The position numbers and the translations under genes are program-made. A stretch of 20,612 nucleotides of DNA, from assembly GCA_965178125.1 (NCBI GenBank), contig OZ237740.1:1488001-1508612 (forward strand), read 5' to 3'. Positions 10,801 through 19,687 of this stretch are shown one piece after another; position 1 is the stretch's first letter, and the number at the start of each line of letters is the position of its first letter. Under the pieces are notes generated by a model. The model was not told the DNA's origin, did no database searches, and worked only from the letters and a program-made list of their open reading frames with translations. Source of the stretch: Bilabrum cf. latius. Taxonomy: Eukaryota.

Positions 10801-11838
10801 GGCCAAGCCATTCCCGGGGGCGTGCAGCATCGCCTTGATGCTGCTTCGTTAATGCAGTCTGCTAAATCGGCTGGCACCCCTCCGGGTGGCCTTATGAACG
10901 GTGCTGCTAGATCCATGCTCTCTCGAGCAGGAGGGTTTGACAGAATCGCAGTCTACCACGGGTCTGCATCTGCCCAGCAGCCCGCTGTTCCGAGCTTTTA
11001 GCCTGTGCCATAGCCACAAGCGGGTAGTCTACACCATCCATAGTATTCGCATCGAGCTTAGCGGTATAGCGCTATGATGACTGCAGGCCGGTCGCCGACG
11101 GTGACAGCTTCGCGTCGGTCCTGGGACTCGGGTGGGCCTGCAATGCAAGCCTCGGTTCGCACGCAGGCAGGTAGCTCTGGACCATATGGTCCTGATAGGC
11201 ATTCCGGAGAAGCCTTCTCTTTTGATACCTCCCTCTAGGACGCAGAGATACAGCCTGGCGGCTCGTCGCTCGCCCCACGGCCAGCAACCTACTTACCAGA
11301 AGTGGACCGTCTGTCGGCTGCAGCAGCCCAGGTGATTCGTGTTCGGTAGCGCATGCAATCCATGGCCACTACTAGCTATGAGAACGAGCAAGGTGGCAGC
11401 GAGGCAGCAAGTGGAGAGTTGGGGTAGGATACGAATACCCTTGGTAGGAGCAGCCAGCGGGGCACACGAGGCATCGCGCCGCACCAGAGTATGCTCGGGA
11501 TTCAAGGTTCCTCCGGGGACCATTCTGGTAGAAGTTCACAATCTGCTGCAACGGTTCCGCCGACAGTGTCCTCGGATCACTTCCGCTTGGCCCGAGGTGG
11601 GCCGCCCTCACTGGCTGCTCGCACCACCGAGACTGTGGGCGGTGCGCAACCACCGAGCATACCGAACGGGACTCCTGTGGTGGAGCCGGCTTCAGCTGTT
11701 CAGAATTTAGCCGAGGTGCTTCGTGAAACCCTGGGTCCAGAAGTGGCCGCCAGTCTGGCCCAATAGCTTGCTGACTCCTCCTCGGTAAATGAAAGCGTCG
11801 GCTCAGCGGGCAATGGCGCGCGTGAGAGGCGCGAATGA
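7860..11838 (+). CDS. HSF-type DNA-binding transcription factor with a very long disordered C-terminus; exons 7860-8051, 8207-8281, 8369-8683, 8758-11838, about 1220 aa; start uncertain
   Basis: Spliced domain reads STFLSILHAI...FEQAVLPANFSTTKFASFLRSLSYYG|FRRV...VEWSHD|KFVANHPELVIGLKR, the HSF DBD pattern. Introns 8052-8206, 8282-8368 and 8684-8757 are all GT...CAG. The last exon is a single 3081-nt frame with 11 TAGs and no TAA/TGA until TGA 11836. Confidence 0.85.
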
Positions 11839-11912
11839 CGCTCAAAGCTCAGTGAGTGACACTCAAATAGACCAGCTGATGCAGGGAAAATTTTTCCGGG
11901 CATTCAATCAGA

Positions 11913-12525
11913 TTAAACCTCCTGGGGGGACGGAGCCAGAGCAAGCCCAAACACCGTGCATATGCACTCAACATACCCATTGTCGAGGGTAAGTTTGCAC
12001 AAACCTGCAAAATTTGAAGATCATATAGCAAGTAGAAGAAACTAAAGGCTGTAAGTGGCATGCCGTGCCAAGAGCTGAAACGCGCTCACCATCCTTGTCC
12101 CTGTCCCAATACGCGGCTGCCGCCGTATGCAAGCCCGCTCCTACCTTTTGCTGCAAGATGCATGTCACCACATACTTAAATTTCTTTTGTTGCTGTTGCA
12201 AACCCTTGAGGCAGTGTTCAATGATCTGATTGGACCAGAGATTGACCTTGTCTGCCTAAAACGTCGATTCTTTAAGGGTAGCCTTGAGTGCCTGCGTATA
12301 GACTCGATTCGTAAGATTCAACCATCGGTACTGTGTTCATATGAAGGAGTTATCGAATTCGAACAACCAAACTCACATCTCTGACCACGCGTTCGACATC
12401 GTCTACTACAAATTCCTCCTGCGAACACAACAACATACCGATTGAGACCTCGCACTGTCAATCTGCTGCATCTAAGGTATGACAAGTTGGTACATTTTAC
12501 TCACTGCATCTGCACCCATTGCCAT
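11913..12525 (-). CDS. DYNLT1: Dynein light chain Tctex-1 type; exons 12525-12505, 12418-12377, 12291-12090, 12004-11913, 118 aa
   Basis: MAMGADA|EEFVVDDVERVVRD|ALKATLKESTF[TAG 12258-12256]ADKVNLWSNQIIEHCLKGLQQQQKKFKYVVTCILQQKVGAGLHTAAAAYWDRDKDG|LCKLTLDNGYVECICTVFGLALAPSPQEV-TAA. Three GTGAG...GCAG introns of 85-86 nt. Confidence 0.95.
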
Positions 12526-12754
12526 GGCTGCAAAAATACAAGCTGCCCGCGCAGCAGAGGAAGGATAATGCTCAATGGAAAGCAGAAGTTGCCGTTAGCC
12601 AAAGTGCAGGGCACTGTACAGCCAGCTGTGCCGCTTGTTTTTCATCCGGCCAATTGTCGCCAGTCGACCAATGCGGTGGTTGTGCAGGCTTGCTTCCATT
12701 CATGCTTCCTCCCCGATGCGGGCGTATGCAGCATATGATCGCTGAAGGGACTGC

Positions 12755-15700
12755 ATGGGGAACTCTCCCGCAGTCATCGCCTTGGTGATCGCAATTTTGT
12801 CCGGTTCGGAATCGTTTGCTCGCACCCGAGTTGCGATAATTGATACAGGGGTGTCTAAATGTATGGTGTGTCGTCAGAGTAGTCAGGAAGAAGACTAGTG
12901 CAGACATTGCATTTCGACCCTAGAACCGACGCACAGTATTGTCACCGAGCACGTGGCCGACTTGTCAGATTGGGTCGATCGCCATGGACATGGCTCGTTT
13001 GTCGCAGATTAGTTGTTGAGATTTGCGCCAACACGTCCACAAGTTATCTCCATCAAGGCGTTCGATATTGCTGGACAGACCCGCGCCACTTGGATGGTTT
13101 CTGCAATCAAGAAAGCGATTGAAATCAAGGCTCATATCATTCTCCTGAGTAATGGAGCTGCCGAACAGGAAGATGGGGCAGTCGCAGCAGCGATAACACA
13201 GGCCATTCGGTACGGTGCAGCGGTGTTGGCAGCAGCCGGCAACGATGGAGCGTCTCCAGGAACAGTCCTATCCCCTGCGATATTACCGGGTGTTGTTTCT
13301 GTCACTGCGTGTAGTTTCTATCATGCGCATCACCGTCATCCTGATGCGATGCCTGGCCCAGGCTCTAGGTGCCCACTGGAGCTGCTGGAGTTCAGCTCCA
13401 GGGGCCCTGCCGTCTCAGCTGGAGGCCAGCTACGATTCGTAAGCGGTGCCTCGTTGCCTGGATTCAAACTGGCCGGCGTAGGACTGCTTGGTTAGCCGAT
13501 GTACAAGTCAGGGACCAGCGTGGCTGTGCCGCTGATGGCTGCCCTGGTGGCATCTGGGACGCAGTGGGCGAGCGACTTGGTGTGGTGGCAAGCAGAGTGC
13601 GCGCAGGGGAATTTAACGGAATGCTAGGGTGGCCCCACGTATCACCGAGCTGTTCCACAATCGCTTCCACGCTGGGTGCAGCTGGCTGCCTAGCAGCATG
13701 TACGAGCGTGGGCCCGGCTGGGCTCGCTGTGTAATGCTACTTCGTCGCAGTCGTGGTGGGATGAGCTGCGTGAGGCCTGGTCTCTCAAATGGCAGCTGAT
13801 ACGGTCCCACCATAAAGGTGGCATCAGTAATGATTGGGACAATGTGATATCCGCAACAACCCCGAGCAGCATCAAAAAGAGTGGTGGGTAGAGTCCAGCA
13901 TAGACGGGAGTAAAGTGCAGCGCCCTGCACTCTTTGTGCCATATGCTCAGCGCTCATTCTGCCCATTCCATCGATGCCAGTGGCGTGATTCGACCCACTA
14001 AAGGCTTGACACTGGACATGGCCGAGCTCACGCGGGATGAGGCTGCTTGGTTGCATCAGCTCAAAGTGGGTCGTCAGTGCGGGCCATCATCAAGCTCCGG
14101 CCGGTCATCCATTCGTTCATCAGTGCTTTGCAACTCGATTTTGTTTCCTGGGTCTCTGCCGTTGGAATTCTCAGTCGATTTCGTCGGAACTGGGTCAATT
14201 GCCTTCCAGACGGGCAGCAATGCTCTCGCGCAGTGGTCCCCTGTTCGTTGCTGGACTGGGGCCATTGCACTCGTGCCGTGCTCTGAGCGCCAGCTGCTGG
14301 CTGTCTCATAGAGACTCGAGGTGCGAGCATCTCTTGCGGCACAGAGCACAACTTTTAGTGCAGCGCAAGACCTGACCATTCGGATTCAAGTGAAGCCAGC
14401 GGATAGCGCCGCCCTGGCTGCTGGGGAACCACTCGTCTTAGAGGGTGAAGCTGTCGTTGATGTCCCACTCTGCAGACTTGTACCGGACCTAGCCGTCGTT
14501 GCCCTCGAGGCGGCAGCTTAGCACCGATGCAACGGTTGCTCGACCCGCCGATTCGGAGCGTCCGCCCATGTATTTCCAGCCCATATCGCATGGGCCGTTG
14601 GAAACGAATCGAGCTCCGAACATGAAGCGGTGGAATACTGCCAGCACCCCAGTGGGATATCAACAACCACAGTGAAGACCCGATTCAGGTTTCACTCCCG
14701 AAAACCACCGTAGCGGTTCCGTATGGCCGTAGACACGCATCATTCTGCAGCGTTTCCTCGAGCAAAGAGCTACCGAGACGATCTTCGAGCTGCATCGACA
14801 GCAATGGACGCTGCGGGAGACTCAATTCGCACCAACTTTGGCCAACTGCTACAGGTGGCTGGCACGCAGGGTGTTATCCTGGACGAGGTCCACACGCACT
14901 TATACACTGTAAACCTTTGCCAGTACGGTGCAATCATCATTCCCGATACAGAGGTCCCGTTTTCAAGTGCCGAGAAGTAGCACCTGTGGGGAGCAGTTTG
15001 GCCGACCATCTTTACGAGCTAGACACAAACGAGCGATCGTGGCAGCCAAGCATCAGAACAACCGGATGAGTGCAGGCCGACTAGTGTCATCGTACTAGCT
15101 GAGTGGGATGACAAGCGTCTGTATCCTGGTGGGCCGATATGGAACCAGAACGAGCAGACTTGGTGGACTTACAGTTCCCCGGGAACCCAATCCGGCGTAG
15201 TTGATGCGATTTTGGAGCCTGCACAAGTGCGTATGGTTCCTAGATCTGCATCTGGAGTGGTAAGGTAGTCTCTCAGGTCGAGCGAGTTGGTGCTCCCCTC
15301 CTGCCATGACCCCATAATGGCTGAACTACGATCTGCTTCACCCATTGGAGGGCTGCCTCGCGGAGCCCTCATGCAGTTCGCGTGGATGCGCGATGACGTT
15401 GTGGATGGCAGTGCTCGTTCGCACGATGGAACTGCTTCAACTACAAGCCAATAGCTCGGGCCGTTTGCTGATGAGCTCCAGGTGCCAGCCGATCGGTCGG
15501 GCCTTTCGCCATTCGGCTAGGCTGGGTGTGAGCAGCAGCTCTAGTGTTCCAAATGGGGCGTGGTGATCGCTGCTCTTGATGAAGAAACCTCATTCCGTGC
15601 TGCGACTGGGTTTTGTAGGTACCGGAACGCCGTCAATATTGGTGCAGTGAGTGCACGTCCGGAACCCTGCGCAACTGATACATCTAGTCGAGTCCCTGGA

Positions 15701-16240
15701 ATACCGTCAACGAGCAACGCTACCCACGTATCAGCGGCACGCGCGCAGACTGCTGGCCGGATCGTTGTGTTCAGTGATACCGCTTGTTTCGATTCTGATT
15801 ACAGATGGCCGTCGAGCTCGGTTGATCCTGATGCACCACGAGCATCCAGACTGTTCTGTCGCGGACTACTGCAGCATATGATCCGGTATGCAGCATTCGG
15901 GCGCAGGCAAGATGCCGCAGTGTTCGCGCAGAGTGGGCCACTTTCGCACCATTTCATCGATCCAATCATACTGCAGTAGGCTGCTGCTGAGAAAACATCG
16001 GCAGACAGCAGGTCGGTAGCCAGAGCAACTCCTCACGCCCACAGCAGGCTTCGGTCGTCTCCTCGCAGCACAACGCCCCGCACGGAGGGTCCCCGAGCTG
16101 ACAGTGTTGGTGTTTGGCTTGGGCCTGAGCCGCGGGTCGGGCAATGCGAGCAAGAAGATGTTCAAACGGTATCGGCTGATATTTCGCTGGCAATAGCGGA
16201 TGTATTGGGTGCCTGCGATTAGGCCAGCGGCCCTTGCTAA
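12755..16240 (+). CDS. Site-1 protease (MBTPS1/SKI-1)-like subtilase (S8), apparently single exon, about 1161 aa with 18 TAGs read as sense
   Basis: Signal-peptide-like MGNSPAVIALVIAILSGSESFA. Catalytic motifs VAIIDTG (D 12842), HGHGSFVA (H 12989), AAGNDG, FSSRG and SGTSVAVP (S 13517). S1P-type C-terminal motifs RDDLR...D..GDSIRTNF, QYGAIIIPDTE, VIVLAEW...TWW and GRIVVFSDTACFD. All in one frame ending TAA 16238. Confidence 0.88.
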
Positions 16241-16334
16241 TGCCCAAATTCGATTGAGTCCATCGTGACCATTCCATACGAGCTGCATGCTTATCGAAAT
16301 TCAACGCACATCAACAGTGACCCTGACGAGAGTC

Positions 16335-17477
16335 TCACACGCCGCCGCCGCTCGCGGCCGCGCCGCTCCAACTGCCATCTGCCCGCGGGCCCGCCCCCCC
16401 CATGGCGCGAGCACCTGCGGCACCCAGAGACCCACGCGAGTAGCTCGCGCTCAGTCCACCGCGAGAATAGCCTGCACTTCCTGCGGAGACATCGTCAACT
16501 CCTCGTGACGCAGAGGCTCCGGTGTCCCCAGGCCCGCCATACCCCCCGAGCCCCGCTTCCCTGCCTCTTGCCGGCGGGTAGCCATAGCTGTCTCCAGCGC
16601 CTGGTGCTGCCGCTGCAGGAAGACCAGACGGAGCGCCCATCAAGGCAGGCGCAGACGCGCCATGCTCACCGGCGTAAGACGGCCCACCCATCCCTCCGGG
16701 TGCGTCGTACCCACCCTCATACCCACCCCCCATCATGTCCCCATCGTACCCACCTGCAGTGCAGAACGTGAGGTCGAACAATAGGACACAATTATTTTGA
16801 AAACTCACGCGCAAAACTAGCAAGATGACTTTTGCAATTAATCTCTGACAGCACTTACCTGTAGCATAGCCCTCTGCACTGGAGTGCCTGCCGCCCATGG
16901 CACTTGAAGCGCCTCTTCGCGAAGCTGTAGGCTTGAACTCAGAAATCGTCTCCAGATACTTCTCGCTCTTGATCCGGTCTTCCTCCCACTTCCAGTGCGA
17001 GTACACTGGTTGCACTGTGCGCAGTCTCCGGAGTATTTTTTGATTCTCCTGCGTGATTCTCTGCAGCTCCTTCTTCCGAGAGCTGCGGTTCATCGACCGG
17101 CCGTACTTATGTGACTTTGAGACCATATCAAGGGAGCCCTTCCGCATAATTTCGCTCATTTTTGCCAGGAGCAAACGGTTTTCGTGTTCAATCTTGGCGT
17201 ACCTCTCTGCGGTACTAAATTACTACGAGAAATATGGGACATGAGCGTGCATTGACTTTTCGTGCCGGAAACGGCTTATCGCGAGCTCGATCTCACCCTC
17301 CATCATTTGTTCACGTTTTAAATTCCGCTGCATGTGCTTCGGTCTCTTCGGGGCCCGATTGTCCACCGAAGCCTTCATGTTGCGGAGCCGTTGGCGATGG
17401 CGCCGTTGCTTCTCGGCTATCTCGCGCTCATACAGCAGCTTGCTCGACTTTGGCTCCGCTTTGCGACCGAAGTACAT
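16335..17477 (-). CDS. CFAP97/Hemingway (KIAA1430)-domain flagellar protein with a Gly-rich tail; exons 17477-17297, 17206-16859, 16753-16335, about 315 aa
   Basis: HRQRLRNMKASVDNRAP...KREQMME|ERYAKIEHENRLLLAKMSEI...RSMNRSSRKKELQRITQENQKILRRLRTVQPVYSHWKWEED. Introns GTGAGA...CCGCAG (90 nt) and GTAAGT...CTGCAG (105 nt). Stop TGA. No TAG. Confidence 0.88.
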
Positions 17478-17663
17478 AATTCTATGATAGTACGGAAAGT
17501 CCAGACAGGCAAAATGTTCGACTCAATGGCGCTTCCAGCTCTTGTCGTAAAATCGACAAGCCCACTGGCCGTTGCGGAACCAGTGAGATGTCGCGCGGCG
17601 CCACTTTATTCGAGCCTTGACGCATTTTGCTCGTATGTGGCGGTTTCAGTGTGATTAAGCGCA

Positions 17664-19190
17664 ATGCAAGAGGAAAAGAAGTTATTGCCTAAGCGGACAA
17701 GCCGTGGAAGGCGCAACACAGCACTAGTTGGAGAAGCAGCAGATGCTGACAAGAGCTTTTGGGACCAGGATGCCTTCAAGGAGGATTCTGGCGATAGTGA
17801 GTTCGACTCAACTGATGCATCTTCGGACAGTGAGGACAGTGATATAGATAACGATGAGGGCGACGCCGCCAATGATGACGGTGAAGAAGCGGACGATGAT
17901 CTCGAGGCCGGCCAGCAAGCGAAAAGGGTATACCTTGACCCTGCCCTTCGCCGAAAGATGGGCATAAAAGGGTTGATGTCCGGAGTTCTGGGAGCATAGG
18001 ATAGTGACACCTCTGGATTTGACGCGAAGCCGATCATATTTGATGCCTCAGTGGAACTTGACAGTCGAGCACGAGAGTATCTCGATAGAGTATTGCGGCG
18101 ATAGGCAGAATTGCAGTCTCTGGAAGCAAAAAATCGCGGTGCGCAATATTTTCCTGACATAGACTCAGCCAGTGATGATGGCTCGGGTTCGACTTTGGCA
18201 GACCAGCTCAACCTTGAGTCCGAACCAGAACTTCCCACTAGAGAGAGCGGACCTCTCGACCCGACAGTGGTATTGCGAAGTGCTGCGGAAACAGCCATGG
18301 CATCGTTGGAGTCGCTTCAGTCTATGACAGCTGCTGCAGCAGATGGAAGTGCTCATCGCAGCAAAGGTGTGGGACGTGGACGTGATCGGCTCGCTCACAC
18401 ATCCGGTGCCACTGCAGATAGCCACCAGTCACTGGGTGTTGCTCCACTTCTGTTAGGCAAGAGCATGCACAGAGCAAGCACATTTCTAGTGACTACAGCT
18501 GCAGCTGGAGGTGTGGCTGGCCTGCTGGATGCATTTGTAGATGACTCTGCTTCCATCGGAGCTGTAGGCTAGTCAGATTTCACCTCGGTTACCCGATCCA
18601 GCTTGAGCTCGGCGGCGCAAAGACAGCTAGCATCTGTGCCATTCGTGTCTCCTGCTGCAGCTCTCGGTGCGTCTGCAGGGGATGCATACCGTGCTGCGAG
18701 GCGGGAAGTGGAGCGCGCAGTGGAGACAGCACAACCGGGGCTCGAGCTGGGCAACAAAAGACAGCGGGGTGCAGCGGCTGCGGGTCGGGGCAGAGGCAGG
18801 GGAAGAGGGAGAGGAAGGGGGAGAGGAAGGGGTAGAGGTAGGGGTGGTGGAGGACGGGGAGGGGGTGGTTCAGCAAGCAGCTACTAGGTGCCTGCACAGA
18901 GAGCAACAAAGATTCGACGCATTTCCACGATTCGTCAGACTGCTGGGACGGCTTCTGCCTCGGCAGCTGGGGCGCCGTCAGGCACTCGATCGGAAATTGT
19001 GCTCCTTGACCAGCTTGGGCAGGTCCCACGCACCCTGCAGGCTGTTGCACCTCCCCCTATGCCACGAGTGTCCAGGCCTGCGGTCGCTGCTTCCCAGGAG
19101 CAGCCTGGGGACAGCGTGCAGAACTGGTTCGTGGTTCGTGGGTCATCGGACACGGCTGCGTTCATGCAGCCCATTCGAAAATTAAAGTGA
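17664..19190 (+). CDS. VPS72: VPS72/YL1/Swc2 (SWR1/SRCAP H2A.Z chaperone subunit), about 508 aa with 4 TAGs read as sense
   Basis: LPKRTSRGRRNTALVGEAADADKSFWDQDAFKEDSGDSEF...DSDIDNDE matches the YL1 N-terminus, followed by RVYLDP and VLRSAAETAMASLESL. Frame runs through TAG 17997, 18102, 18570 and 18885 to TGA 19188. A possible short intron 19187-19236 would move the stop to 19249. Confidence 0.8.
18783..18869 (+). repeat. Gly-Arg (GR)n / RGG coding tract
   Basis: GRGRGRGRGRGRGRGRGRGRGGGGRGGGG encoded with mixed codons within VPS72. Confidence 0.9.
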
Positions 19191-19487
19191 GTGATAAAAT
19201 GCAGTGTGGCTGGCCATGTAGACTCCTATTTTGCAGAGCGCAATGTTGAAGAATAATGCGGCTTGCAATGCTCACCCGATCCTGGGTAGGAGGCCCTCAG
19301 CAAGATGCATTTATCCGGCCATTCGCGTGATTTGTGGTGTGCATAGCAGTGGCAAGCTCACCTTGGCAACAAGTGGGACTCCCTGTTCGAATGGAAAGAG
19401 TTGAAACATGCTCTGGGGCCAGGACCCACCTCCCAGCTCCCGCGCACAGCACCTCAACCGCCCTCCGTGCCCATCCTACAAGCATTC

Positions 19488-19629
19488 ACTTCCCATCCGC
19501 CGCACTCACTGTCCATCTTCCAGCTCCCTGACTTCCCATCCGCCGCACTCACTGTCCATCTTCCAGCTCCCTGACTTCCCATCCGCCGCACTCACTGTGC
19601 ATCTTCCAGCTCCCTGACTTCCCATCCGC
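19488..19629 (+). repeat. Subtelomeric 43-bp tandem repeat, about 3.3 copies
   Basis: acttcccatccgccgcactcactgtccatcttccagctccctg at 19488, 19531 and 19574 (one C>G), plus a partial at 19617. Confidence 0.95.
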
Positions 19630-19640
19630 GACTCCACAGA

Positions 19641-19687
19641 TAGGGTAGGGGTTGAGGGGTTTAGGTGGGTTTGGGTTAGGGGGTTTT
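19641..19687 (+). repeat. Degenerate telomere-variant repeats
   Basis: tagggtaggggttgaggggtttaggtgggtttgggttagggggtttt immediately precedes the perfect array. Confidence 0.85.

Noticed and set aside
13001-13020. TAG=Leu, suggested by FVAD*LL
   Set aside because: A single divergent site. G-patch, Tctex-1, crotonase and Gln-rich contexts favour a polar residue, Gln.
12755-16240. Pyrrolysine or programmed/leaky readthrough
   Set aside because: Up to 18 TAGs per gene in unrelated proteins with no shared downstream context. Leaky readthrough could not yield full-length product, and Pyl is not known in eukaryotic nuclei.
688-18298. Antisense and alternate-frame ORFs (e.g. 688-1104, 5385-5975, 6834-7391, 16265-16771, 17606-18298)
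   Set aside because: Shadows of real genes in GC-rich DNA, with no motifs.
898-19190. Cluster of subtelomeric pseudogenes or sequencing errors explaining the internal stops
   Set aside because: All interruptions are TAG, with no TAA/TGA or frameshifts. Catalytic and family motifs and splice sites are intact.
898-19190. Ciliate-type code with TAA and TAG both Gln (table 6)
   Set aside because: No in-frame TAA in any reconstructed gene, and TAA sits at expected C-termini (AKL-TAA, Tctex-1).
19488-19629. CRISPR array or coding ORFs (19334-19531, 19408-19617)
   Set aside because: Spacer-less tandem repeat. The ORFs are short by-products of C-rich sequence.
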